Positions 54,539-64,000 of a stretch of 64,000 nucleotides of DNA are shown here, in pieces; the stretch's first letter is position 1, and the number at the start of each line of letters is the position of its first letter. The translations under genes and the position numbers were made by a program. The stretch is from an uncultured bacterium. GTDB taxonomy: Bacteria > Verrucomicrobiota > Verrucomicrobiia > Limisphaerales > UBA8199. The DNA lies in contig CAVVMW010000012.1 of the NCBI GenBank assembly GCA_963749495.1, positions 160,001-224,000 of the forward strand. Direction: 5' to 3'. The notes below the pieces were generated by a model that was not told the origin of the DNA, did not search any database, and saw only the letters and a program-made list of their open reading frames with translations.

Positions 54539-54608
54539 TAAGTCGGGGCGCATCTCACCTTTGTCGGCCCTCGGCAAGCCAGGCAATTGGAGCGCGGTGT
54601 CAGCAAGC

Positions 54609-54702
54609 CGCAAGGTTTTGGACTGCGCCAGTCCTCTGGCGCTTTCGTGTCCCCAGGGTCCGAAAAGCGGCAGAGGACTGCCGCAGTCCAAAACGCTTCG
54701 CG
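54609..54702. repeat. REP-like doublet, same family as 13391-13490
   Basis: Near-identical arms. Confidence 0.9.
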
Positions 54703-54867
54703 AGATCGGACGCGTGCTCCCATCGCTCGGTTCGGCCGGGCCCAATAGAGATGATGCGCTCAAGACGGGGCGCAACGCCAAATCGGCTTTACGGAAGAAC
54801 CAGGCGCGGTTATTCTTTGGCTTGTGCGCGGAACCTCGATTTGCTCCATCCTAGGCGCGCCTATCTT

Positions 54868-56340
54868 ATGAAGCGATTGGTGTTTGGGGTCGCGTGCGCC
54901 GGGGTGTTTTCCGCCGCGCAAGGTGGGGCGCAAGGTGATACCGTGGTGCAAGTGGATCAACTCGAACTGCAAGGCCGTTTCCAGGAGGCCGCCGTGCGCG
55001 CTCAGGCGGCGTTGAAGGATGCTTCATTGCCGGCAGTGGAGCGGGGGCGCCTGGCGTTCGAGGCCGACCGGCTGGAGCGGATACGCAAGGATTTCCCTCT
55101 GACGCAACAGGCCCTCTTTGCGGCCCTGAGAGACTCGGTCAAGAACATCACTGCCGCCGAGTGCGACCGATGGGTCGAGGAAGGGCGCTTTGACAGCCGG
55201 CAGATTGACGGCGAGCGGAGGTTCATGATCTCGAGTGTGCCGAACCTGTTCTTCCGCTACCCGGAACTCAACGCCCGGCGCACGCCGCCCCGAGACACCT
55301 CCCGCGCCGAGAAGCTGCATTGGGAGACTTGCGCGGCTATCACGAAAGCCGCCCAGGCGGAGAACAGGCCCTACGTCCTGCCCAAGCGCTTTCAAGCCAC
55401 GATGACCGTCACCGCCGCCGCCAATGCCGCCCCCGCCGGCGAGGTCATCCGCGCCTGGCTCCCGGTGCCCCGCCGCTACCCCTTCCAGGTGGATTTCCAG
55501 TTGCTCTCGACCTCCCCGGCCCCCAAGCAGCTCGTCGACGAACAGACTCCCATCCGCTCGATCTACCTCGAACAGCCGGCCCTCAAAGACGAGCCGGCCA
55601 GGTTCTCGGTCGGATACGCCTACACCATGTACGGCGTCTGGTTCGACCTGAAACCGGCGGAGGTCCGCCCCTGCGATGCGGACGATCCGGCGCTCAAAAG
55701 TTACCTGGCTCAAGGACCGCACGTGGTCTTCACCCCGGAGATTCGCGCCCTCTCGCGCCAGATTGTCGCCGATGAGACCAACCCGTACTGGAAGGCCAGG
55801 AGATGCTATGACTGGATAGCCGAGCACATCAAATACAGTTACGCCATCGAATACTCGACCATTCGGAACATCAGCGACTACTGCCTGCGCAAAGGTTACG
55901 GGGACTGCGGCCAGGAGGCGCTCCTGTTCATCACCCTCTGCCGCCTCAACGGCATTCCCGCCCGCTGGCAATCCGGCTGGAACACCTTTGCCGGCGAGAA
56001 GACCATCCACGATTGGACGGAAATCTATCTGGCGCCCTACGGCTGGGTGCCCGTGGACCCCTACATGGCAATCTATGCCACGCGCTACGCCACCTCGCTC
56101 GCCCCGGAACAGCGCCGCGACATCCGCGATTTCTATTTCGGCGGCCTCGACCAATACCGCATGGCTTCAAACAGCGACCACTCCCAAACCCTCACGCCGC
56201 CCAAAAGATCCCTGCGCTCGGACAACGTCAATTTCCAGCGCGGCGAACTCGAATGGGACGGGCACAACCTCTACTTCGACCAATTCTCCTACGGCCTGGC
56301 GCTCGAGGAAATCAAGCTGCCGCCTCCGCGCAATGAGTGA
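54868..56340 (+). CDS. Transglutaminase-like domain protein, secreted
   Basis: GYGDCGQEALLFITLCRLNGIPARWQSG, HDWTEIY, GWVPVD catalytic triad. Confidence 0.9.
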   Translation: MKRLVFGVACAGVFSAAQGGAQGDTVVQVDQLELQGRFQEAAVRAQAALKDASLPAVERGRLAFEADRLERIRKDFPLTQQALFAALRDSVKNITAAECDRWVEEGRFDSRQIDGERRFMISSVPNLFFRYPELNARRTPPRDTSRAEKLHWETCAAITKAAQAENRPYVLPKRFQATMTVTAAANAAPAGEVIRAWLPVPRRYPFQVDFQLLSTSPAPKQLVDEQTPIRSIYLEQPALKDEPARFSVGYAYTMYGVWFDLKPAEVRPCDADDPALKSYLAQGPHVVFTPEIRALSRQIVADETNPYWKARRCYDWIAEHIKYSYAIEYSTIRNISDYCLRKGYGDCGQEALLFITLCRLNGIPARWQSGWNTFAGEKTIHDWTEIYLAPYGWVPVDPYMAIYATRYATSLAPEQRRDIRDFYFGGLDQYRMASNSDHSQTLTPPKRSLRSDNVNFQRGELEWDGHNLYFDQFSYGLALEEIKLPPPRNE

Positions 56341-56344
56341 AGGG

Positions 56345-56445
56345 AGTGCGGAATGCGGAGTGCGGAGCGCGGAGTGCGGAACCCTTCGGAGCAGGGCGGT
56401 TTGCGTGCGCGGGATGGAATGACGAATGACGAATGACGAATGACG
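56345..56445. repeat. Heptamer tracts (GAGTGCG)n and (ATGACGA)n
   Basis: Read directly; the latter supplies the ATG of the next gene. Confidence 0.9.
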
Positions 56446-57245
56446 CATCAATCAGCCTCAAGGCGGCTCAAGCCGCGGCCGCTGACGCGGCGCGAGTGGT
56501 GGGCGCCTTGCTCCGGCGCAATCTGCACGCCAAGAAACGGGCCAACCTGGTCACCCAGCACGACATCAAGCTGGAGATGGACGTGCGCTGCCAGAAGCTG
56601 ATCGAGCGGGCCCTGCGCCGCGCATTCCCAGGCGTGGCCTTGTTGGGCGAGGAGGGAGTGGCCGGCGCGGCGGACGCGGTTTGGCGCTGGGTCGTGGACC
56701 CGATCGATGGGACCGTCAACTTCGCCTATGGGATTCCGCACGCCTGTGTCTCGATCGCCTTGCAGCAGCGGAGCCGGCACCCCGATGTTTCCACTTACCA
56801 AGACGGCTACCAAACGCTGATGGGCGTCGTGTACGACCCCTTCTGCGACGAGTTGTGGACGGCGTCGCGCGGGCAACCGGCGCGGTTGAACGGCCGGCTC
56901 ATTCGAGTCAGCACCCGGCGCAGGCTCGAGGAGGCCATTATCTCGATCGGCTTCGCCAAGAGCCGGGAGAACCTCGATGCCACCTTCCCGTACTTCGTGG
57001 AGTTGATTCACCGCGTGCGCAAGTTGCGCGTGATGGGCTCGGCCGCCCTGGCCTTGACCTATGTCGCTACCGGCCGCTTCGATGCCTACATCGAGCGGGG
57101 CATCCGGCTCTGGGACATCGCGGCCGGCGGATTCATCGTCGAGCAGGCCGGCGGCTGCTTCTGGCGTGAGGCCACGGCAGACGATGCCTTCCGGATGATC
57201 GCCAGCAACGTGCCGCTGCGCCGCCAACTCCGCGTGCCGGGTTGA
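56433..57245 (+). CDS. suhB: Inositol monophosphatase family protein
   Basis: LGEE, WVVDPIDGTVNF, GSAAL, WDIAAG. Confidence 0.9.
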   Translation: MTNDASISLKAAQAAAADAARVVGALLRRNLHAKKRANLVTQHDIKLEMDVRCQKLIERALRRAFPGVALLGEEGVAGAADAVWRWVVDPIDGTVNFAYGIPHACVSIALQQRSRHPDVSTYQDGYQTLMGVVYDPFCDELWTASRGQPARLNGRLIRVSTRRRLEEAIISIGFAKSRENLDATFPYFVELIHRVRKLRVMGSAALALTYVATGRFDAYIERGIRLWDIAAGGFIVEQAGGCFWREATADDAFRMIASNVPLRRQLRVPG

Positions 57246-57289
57246 GTGCCGCCAGACCCGTCAGACTCGGCTTGCTGGCTCGTCCCTCG

Positions 57290-59098
57290 TCACCTGGCAT
57301 CCCCGGCCTGGCCGAGGAGGTGGCCATATTCCTGGAGGGCGGCGGGTTCGCCGAAGCGTTTCACGTAATCGGCATCGATCCAGACCGCGAACGTGGTGAC
57401 GCGGCAAATCCCGAGCTGCGAATAGGTCCGGGCGTCCGCCGCCAGCACGTCGGGCCGCCAGGGCAACTGGACGGCCGGGCGCTGCCAGTGCGAAAAACGC
57501 GAGACATCCAGCCAATATTCAAGCACCTGGGCCGTCGGGGCCGGGAACACACGCAGGTTCTCCTCGAGCAGCTTCAGGGAGTCTTTGGCATCGGCGCCGG
57601 TCTGCTGCGCGTAAGGCAGGTCATAACGGCGCCCGATGGGCGCAAACTCCAGGAACACTCCCGGCTCTGGTTTCACGCGCCGGGGCGCCGGCAGAGTGTT
57701 GGCATACGCCAGGTGCGCGACCTGGGCCGACGGGTCAAGGGCGCGCAACTCGCGGGCCAGCCGGTTCTCCAGGAGCAGGGCCTGGTCCGAGTCCGACAAC
57801 TCGCGGCAGTGCGGGCAGCGGCACCAGGGCTGGCCGTCGTCGCCCCAGAAAAAGTAGCGGCCCGTCGTCGGCGGCAGCAGGCGGGCCAGGCGCAGGGCAT
57901 TGGAGACGACGAGGTCCAGGGCGCCCGGGGAGTGTACGCACAGGTTGGCATCCGGAGTGCGTTGGCCGGCCTTGTTCATGCGGAAGAGGTGGGGCTGGGC
58001 GGCGAACCGGGAGCGGGGCAGCAGTTCCCGCATCGCGTGCAGCTCATACTCGACGTGCAGGCCCAGGCGGGCGCACGACCCAAGGAACTCGAGCCCTGCC
58101 TCGGAGTGGACGAATCGGGCCACAGTTGCCGGCGAAGCGCCGTGGTGCAGGGCGATCGTCGTCAGCCCGGCCCTGGCCGCGCGGCCCGGCCAATCCGCCC
58201 AGGACAGATCCTCTGGCACGAGCACCACCCCGCGCGCGACAAAAGCCCCTTTGGAAGCGGGCGCCATCGCGGGCACGCGCCATTCTGCGAAAGCCGATGG
58301 GACATGAAAATCAGGTTTGGCGGCGGCCGGCTTGACCCAACTCAGCCAATTGTCGTCCGCGTCCCCTGTGGCACCCTGGCGGAAATCGGCACGGAACAGG
58401 CCCACGCGCAAAATCGAGCCTGGCCGAACCGGGCGCCCCATCATCCTCGAGAGCGTCTCCAGGGGAATCGAGGCCTCCACCGTGTAGCCTCCGGGACGAA
58501 GCCGGCCCTCGGCGCGGAGCCCGGCGCAGTCCCAGGCGCTGTCGAATTTGCGGTAATGGCTGGCCGCGTAATCATGCACCCGGCCCAGCGGATCGATCTC
58601 GATGCAAAAATAGCGTTCCAACGCACCGTCCCGGGCAAAAAAGATCTCGACCCGATCCTCGTGGTCGAGCGTGGACTCTCCGGCGAACTCCTTGGCCACC
58701 ACAATGTCGTTATCGCTTGCCTCGAACGCAAAGTAGAGCCGCTCCGAATCGGCCAGGGCCCGAAACTCCGTGGCCGGCGCGCGATTCGACGACCAGGGAT
58801 ATGAAAAACCGGTCACGGCCGCCGCCTGGCTCCAGGCCGGCTGAGTCAGTTGGCCATCGATGTGAATCGGGAGACGCGCCCGGGCCCGCCCAACCGGGTT
58901 TGTTGCTTCTGCTGCCGCCGGCGCCTCGTCCTGCCCGTTGGCGCCCGGCACCCACGCCGGCCCAAGGACCTGGCCAAAAATCAAGGCTGCGGCAGGCGCA
59001 CATTTCCAAAGACGTGAGACCCGACGACGTGTCCCGGGGATGAACGCCGGGTTCAAAACCGGAGGGTCAGTCGAGTTTTGAACATTTGAGTTTCGCAA
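57290..59098 (-). CDS. CBM9-like sugar-binding domain fused to a DUF4838-like domain (start uncertain)
   Basis: IDGQL..W, DRVEIFF, EIDPLG, PDFH; WGDDGQPWCRC, HLAYANT, LEYWLDVS. Confidence 0.7.
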   Translation of the reverse strand: MRNSNVQNSTDPPVLNPAFIPGTRRRVSRLWKCAPAAALIFGQVLGPAWVPGANGQDEAPAAAEATNPVGRARARLPIHIDGQLTQPAWSQAAAVTGFSYPWSSNRAPATEFRALADSERLYFAFEASDNDIVVAKEFAGESTLDHEDRVEIFFARDGALERYFCIEIDPLGRVHDYAASHYRKFDSAWDCAGLRAEGRLRPGGYTVEASIPLETLSRMMGRPVRPGSILRVGLFRADFRQGATGDADDNWLSWVKPAAAKPDFHVPSAFAEWRVPAMAPASKGAFVARGVVLVPEDLSWADWPGRAARAGLTTIALHHGASPATVARFVHSEAGLEFLGSCARLGLHVEYELHAMRELLPRSRFAAQPHLFRMNKAGQRTPDANLCVHSPGALDLVVSNALRLARLLPPTTGRYFFWGDDGQPWCRCPHCRELSDSDQALLLENRLARELRALDPSAQVAHLAYANTLPAPRRVKPEPGVFLEFAPIGRRYDLPYAQQTGADAKDSLKLLEENLRVFPAPTAQVLEYWLDVSRFSHWQRPAVQLPWRPDVLAADARTYSQLGICRVTTFAVWIDADYVKRFGEPAALQEYGHLLGQAGDAR

Positions 59099-59104
59099 TT
59101 TGAA

Positions 59105-59139
59105 TTTGTTTCGGATTTCGGATTTCGGATTTCGGATTT
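59105..59139. repeat. Heptamer tandem repeat (TTCGGAT)n
   Basis: Read directly. Confidence 0.9.
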
Positions 59140-60202
59140 TTAGTCCACCAGGTCCTTGATCGAAAGGACTCGGGCCTGGATGGAGCGGACGATTGGGAGG
59201 GCACGGGCGACGGCATTCTGCTCGGTCTGGCCCGGGAAGGTCTTCATGATGACCTTGGCGGCGGCGATGACCTCGCCGTTGCGGTCGCGCAGCGGCATGG
59301 TGACGGAGACCGACCCTTTGTCAGTGCCATAATAGACCTGGGCTTGAGTGATGACGGCCAGCTCGGCCTTGCCGCCGGGGCGGCCGAGTTCGGCCGGGTC
59401 TTTGCTCGCCACCAGCCGTGTGGTTTGAGGGTCGTTGCCCAGCACGAACAATTTGAGGCCCAGCAGCTTCGAGTACGTCCTGACGGTGTCCCGCACCACC
59501 CCCTGGGCGGGATCTTCGATCGGTTTATAGACGATCTTCGCATCGGCGAAATAGCTGACCGAATCGGATTTGGTCCAAAAGCCGATTTTGCCCTTGGCGA
59601 AGTTGTCCTGCGCCATGCGCGCGATGATGGGCTGGCCGTCCAGGGAGCAGGTCACCAGGCTGCCCCGGCACTCGACCGCCAGCTCGTGCCATTGGCCTTT
59701 GCTGATAGCGAGCTTCGAGCCGATCGGACCGATGAGTTCGCCGTTGACGAATTTGAAAAAGTAGAACGTCCCGCCCAGGCCGCTGGCGCGCGCGTAATAA
59801 TAATTCTTCTCGTCCTGGATGCGAAAGGCCAGGCCCGCCATCTGCTCGGCCTCCCCGCCCATCAGCTTGAACCGCGCCGTGAAGGTGAAGTCGGCGAACA
59901 CCCCGCCCTCGTACACCAGCAGCGGGTAATGCTCGTCAGTGCGGTCCTGCGACACTTGGGCCAGCACCGCCTGCTTGCTCACGCGCGGGGCCTGGTTGGT
60001 GTCCCACGGTTCCATCAGTGACGGCACATCGTCCAGGAGCATCTTCCATTGGCCCGGCTTGCCCTGGCCGGTGACGGTACCTGCGAAAGTCCGGCGGGAG
60101 CTGGCCCTCGCGGACCTCCCCGAAATCGAACTTGCGTTCCGCCGCCGCCGCCGGCAGGACCAGCAGCAGCACTAGGCCTGGCCAGAAGACTCGGTTGCGC
60201 AT
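59140..60202 (-). CDS. Secreted DUF1080-like (concanavalin/LamG-fold) protein, frameshift near 60080
   Basis: Signal peptide in ORF 59936-60202; AGLAFRIQDEKNYY, GKIGFWTKSDSVSYF in ORF 59140-60042. Confidence 0.75.
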
Positions 60203-60345
60203 GGGAGTGAGATTACCAGAAGCATTGCGCGTTCAAAGCGTGAAAGCTTCAAAGTGGCAAATGGGGGAACGCGCCGGCGCTCCGGCGCCTCCAAAAGCCG
60301 CTTGACAGCGGGAGCGCCAGTCTGGAAGGTTCAAAGAAAAGCGCT

Positions 60346-60549
60346 GTGAATGCGATTAAATACGAAGATCCGGGGGCAGCAGGATATATAGGAAGTGAGT
60401 ACCGCCACACCAGGTCAGGTTTCTGTGGCGAGGTGGTCAGCGCACAGGAGCTGGTTCCGTGGCTCCCCGAGACGGTCCTTCTCACGCTGCAGAGCACCAG
60501 CGGAGAGCAGAAAGCGTTTCCGCGGAGCGAGTTGGAGCAAGTCGAGTGA
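60346..60549 (+). CDS. Small hypothetical protein
   Basis: 67 aa ORF filling the gap, TTGACA upstream. Confidence 0.4.
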   Translation: MNAIKYEDPGAAGYIGSEYRHTRSGFCGEVVSAQELVPWLPETVLLTLQSTSGEQKAFPRSELEQVE

Positions 60550-60633
60550 GGCCGGACCCGATCGAGTGAAGGTTCGGGCGTGCTCCGAACACCCGACGAT
60601 GCCGCCACGCCCATCGACGCGCTACCCGCTCCT

Positions 60634-61023
60634 TCAGCGAGCCCAGCAAAGGCGAAGTTCACGCTCTGCACGGGGCAGCCACGCGGACAAGCCGATGTGC
60701 ATGACTTTGATAACCGCGCCCATCCGTTTTGCCTGTGTGTCGAACTCCGGTAGGCGGAGAAGGCAGCGTGTGAAGTGCGCCGCCTCGTACTGCCCGACTG
60801 CCAGCACAACTACACAGTACCGTGGGTGGCACAAAGAGCGGTCATACAGCCCGAGATCCCGCGTGAAAAGCGTCGGGCGGCGCAGCGTCACCAGGAAGGC
60901 AATCACCTCCTCGTCCTGCATGCCCTTGCAACCGAGTTCGTGGCCGATTTGCCGAACGGGAATGCGCCAACCCCTCAGCAATTGCCGCTGGCTTTCCAGG
61001 ATGTTCTCATCCAGGACATTCAC
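60634..61023 (-). CDS. DUF5615/PIN-like toxin
   Basis: VLDENI, DEEV, FTRD motifs; start overlaps the DUF433 stop. Confidence 0.78.
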   Translation of the reverse strand: MNVLDENILESQRQLLRGWRIPVRQIGHELGCKGMQDEEVIAFLVTLRRPTLFTRDLGLYDRSLCHPRYCVVVLAVGQYEAAHFTRCLLRLPEFDTQAKRMGAVIKVMHIGLSAWLPRAERELRLCWAR

Positions 61024-61274
61024 GCTGGGGCGGGGTCCAGGGCCAGCTCATGGGCATGTTGGCGAAAGGTCTCGCGCGCTGCCCGCACCGCTTCGGCAAT
61101 GGCCTCCTGGCTGATGCTGCCCCTCCATTCCCCCACAATGCTTTCCCAAGCCATGCCGCTGGCGACCTGCTCCAGCACGTCCGCCACGAGAATCCGTGTC
61201 CCCCGAAATGTCGGTTGACCGTGGCAGATCTTCGGATCTCTCACGATATAACGCCCTACCAACTGCTTCTTCAT
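61020..61274 (-). CDS. DUF433 family antitoxin
   Basis: DPKICHGQPTFRGTRILV. Confidence 0.9.
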   Translation of the reverse strand: MKKQLVGRYIVRDPKICHGQPTFRGTRILVADVLEQVASGMAWESIVGEWRGSISQEAIAEAVRAARETFRQHAHELALDPAPA

Positions 61275-61346
61275 GGCCTTAACCAGTACCCCTTTTCGCT
61301 CGGCCGGTCAATGCTCGGGACGGCTCTGACCGGCGCCGAGTCAGCC

Positions 61347-63211
61347 TCACGCCTTCCAGATCATGTCCGCCACGCTCCGGCCGGCGGGGATGAAGGGCAG
61401 GACGTGCTCGGTGTAGGGGACGATGATGTCGAGGATGTAGGGTTCGTCGGCATCGAGCATGCGCTGGAGGGCGGGGCGGAGGTCTTTGCGGTACATGACG
61501 CGTTCGGCGCGGACGTTGAAGCTGGCGCACATGGCGACGTAATCGGGATAGATCTGCTGGCGGTTGTCCGGGTCGCCCAGGTAGGTGTGGCCGCGGTTGC
61601 CGGCGTAGAAGCGGTCTTCCCACTGCATGACCATGCCCAGGTGCTGGTTGTTGAGGATGAGGGCCTTGGCGGCGATCTTCTCGATGTGGGCGGTGGCCAG
61701 CTCCTGCACGTTCATCAGGAAGGAGCCGTCGCCGTCGATGTCCACCACCTGCCGGTTGGGGAAGGCGACCTTGGCGCCGAGGGCGGCGGGGTAGCCGTAG
61801 CCCATGGCGCCCAAGCCGGCGCTGGTGAGGAGTTGGCGCGGGTATTTGAACTTGTAGAACTGGGCGCTCCACATCTGGTGCTGGCCGACCCCGGTGGTGA
61901 TAATGGCCTCGCCATGGCTCAGCTCGTAAAGCATCTCGATGGCCATCTGGGGGAGGATGACGTTGTTTTCCCTGCCTTTGAGGTGGTCGCGCATGTGCTG
62001 GGACTTGAGCACTTCCTCGGTCACGATATAGCCAAAGGGCGCCTTGGCCTTCCAGGCGGCAATCTGCTGGTGCCAGGCGGTGAACTTCTTCTGGAGCGGC
62101 CTCTCGGCCACCATCTGGCTCAGCCGCCCCAGGGCGTACTTCACGTCGCTGACGATGGGCAGGTTGACGGTCTTGTTCTTGTTGATCTCGGAGGCATCGA
62201 TGTCCAGGTTAGAACGGTGCCGCCTTCGCAGAACTTATTGACCCTGCCGGTGACGCGGTCGTCGAACCGGACGCCGAAGGCCAGGAGGAGGTCCGTGCCG
62301 GAGGCGACCTTTATGGAGGGGTCGGCCGGGTTCTTGCGCGGCTCGAACTCGCCGTTGACGGCCCAGTTTGCGAAGGCGGCCCCGTGCATGCCCAGCCAGC
62401 GCAACGAGAGGGGATGGTCCTCGGGAAAGGCGCCGCAACCCATGAGGGTGGTGGTGACGGGGATGCCGGTTGCCTGGGCGAAGCGGCGCAGTTCCTGGCT
62501 GGCGTTGCCGGTGATGATGCCGCCGCCGACGTAGAAGACGGGCCGCTCGGATTTTTCAATGAGCCCAATGATCTCATTGAGCTGGAGGTCGCTGGCCCGC
62601 TGGTCCGGGTGATAGCCCCGGACGCGGACGGCCTTGGGAAAGACCGGCTGGGTGCGGGCTTGCTGGACGTTTTTGGGCACGTTGATGAGCACCGGGCCGG
62701 GCCGCCCGGTGTGGGCGATATGGAAGGCCTCGCGGACGATGCGGGGGATGTCGTTGACGTTGGTGACCAAGTAGCTGTGTTTGACCACCGGGAGGGTCAT
62801 GCCGTAAATGTCGGTCTCCTGGAAGGCGCCCTTGCCGATCATGGACTGGGGCACCTGCCCGGTAATGGCCACGAGCGGGACCGAATCCATGTAGGCATCG
62901 GCGATGCCGGTGACCAGGTTGGTGGCGCCGGGACCGCTGGTCGCCATGCAGACGCCCACGCGTCCGCTGGCGCGGGCATAGCCGTCGGCAGCAAAGGCCC
63001 CGCCCTGTTCGTGCCGGGGCAGCACCGTCCGAATCTTCGAGCGGGTCAGGGCCTGGTGGATTTCCATGCTGGCGCCGCCCGGGTAGGCGAAGATGGTCTC
63101 CACCCCTTCGCGTTCGAGGCAGGCCACCAGGATTTCGCTGCCGGACATGGTGGAGCCCAGTTCCACATCCCTGTCGGCAGCCTTCTTGGCCATTTCAGTT
63201 GTCTTGCTCAT
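61347..63211 (-). CDS. ilvB: Acetolactate synthase large subunit, frameshifted near 62210
   Basis: [55 protein letters not shown]. Confidence 0.95.
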
Positions 63212-63249
63212 ACTGTTCTTGCGCTTGTGACTGGCAGCCGCAGGCGCAC

Positions 63250-63282
63250 AAAAAACCCACGACCGTTTTCCAGCCGTGGGTT
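63250..63282 (-). terminator. Attenuator terminator upstream of ilvB
   Basis: AACCCACGGC...GTCGTGGGTT followed by a T-tract on the minus strand. Confidence 0.85.
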
Positions 63283-63298
63283 CTTGCCGAAACTCAAT

Positions 63299-63376
63299 TC
63301 ACCTTCGACAAGCGCCTACGGCGTCGTTACTTACGACGACCAGCAGCAGGCCGACTTGTCGAATGCTCGCTAACAT
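63299..63376 (-). CDS. ilv leader peptide MLASIRQVGLLLVVVSNDAVGACRR
   Basis: 25 aa with an LLLVVV run, between a TTGACT-17 nt-TAACTT promoter and the terminator. Confidence 0.85.
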   Translation of the reverse strand: MLASIRQVGLLLVVVSNDAVGACRR

Positions 63377-63462
63377 TGCGGCTGAAGTTAGGGAACTGCC
63401 CGGAGCAAGTCAAGCATGGATTATAGAAAGAATTACAGGCGGGCGCAGGACAGAATGGTGCG

Positions 63463-63518
63463 CTGCCGCCTGAAGGCGGCGTTCCGCACCCAGCCGGAAC
63501 GCCGCCTTTAGGCGGCAG
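63463..63518. repeat. REP-like doublet
   Basis: CTGCCGCCTGAAGGCGGCGTTCCG and its near-perfect inverse. Confidence 0.85.
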
Positions 63519-63559
63519 GATGGGCGCTCGAGCAAACCGGTCGTGCGCCGCCTACAGGC

Positions 63560-64000
63560 TCAGTTGACCACATAAACCGGCATCCCCACCCAGACAAGCC
63601 TGGCGAGGGCCTCGACGTTCCAGTTGGCCAGGCGGAAGCAGCCGTGGGATTCGGTGCGGCCGACTTGCTCGGGGCTGGGGGTGCCGTGGATGCCGTAGCC
63701 CGGCTTGTCCAGGCCGATCCAGACCACCCCCACCGGGTTATTGGGACCAGGCGGGAGCACCAACCGGGTCTTCAACTGCCGCGCTTCGGCCGATTCGGGA
63801 AAGGTCTCCGGGTTGAACGTGTAGTTGGGATTGGGGGCGATGACCGAGACGTGCAAGGCGCCGACGGGCCGCTTCTCGACTCGCCGGGCGATGCTGCACG
63901 GGAAATGGGCGACCAGGCGCGCATTGGCGTCGAAGGCCTCCAGGACTTTCTGCGCCAGGCGAATCGTTGCGTAGGCGGCCCTGTCCGGGGCATCCTGACA
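63560..64000 (-). CDS. L,D-transpeptidase (YkuD), C-terminal part (5' truncated by window edge)
   Basis: PPGPNNPVG, YGIHGT, ESHGCFRL. Confidence 0.92.
   Translation of the reverse strand, partial: CQDAPDRAAYATIRLAQKVLEAFDANARLVAHFPCSIARRVEKRPVGALHVSVIAPNPNYTFNPETFPESAEARQLKTRLVLPPGPNNPVGVVWIGLDKPGYGIHGTPSPEQVGRTESHGCFRLANWNVEALARLVWVGMPVYVVN

Noticed and set aside
63772..63993. Frameshift in the L,D-transpeptidase
   Set aside because: The frame reads through (HFPCSIARRVEKRPVGALHV) to the window edge; the gene is only truncated.

Overview
This is GC-rich bacterial DNA, most consistent with Verrucomicrobiota (Pedosphaerales/Limisphaerales-like). That placement is inferred from gene content: ECF sigma with a Ser/Thr kinase, a prepilin-type H-X9-DG protein, futalosine-pathway MqnC and many palindromic repeats. 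Housekeeping genes (RNase E/G end, hisB, guaA, clpB, kdsD, mqnC, cimA, valS, suhB, ilvB with a Leu/Val leader-peptide attenuator) alternate with carbohydrate/secreted-protein genes. A ~14.6 kb accessory island (19.3-34.0 kb) is bounded by a 53-bp direct repeat. It carries RAYT-type transposase remnants, a type IIG-like restriction-modification gene, a triple glycosyltransferase fusion, an ECF sigma/kinase pair and decayed toxin-antitoxin genes. The best candidate for a new system is valS, which carries two in-frame insertions. One encodes an LPD3-like (predicted BECR-fold RNase) domain. Each insertion contains a copy of the same ~100-nt module: an antisense sigma70-type promoter followed by a covarying nested hairpin with stable tetraloops on the antisense strand. 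This suggests a nuclease plus small-RNA module embedded in an essential gene. A DUF3800 gene at 10 kb shows the same layout, with a convergent promoter, hairpin RNA and T-tract. Several genes have single frameshifts, probably assembly errors. All family calls come from motif recognition by eye; no searches were run.
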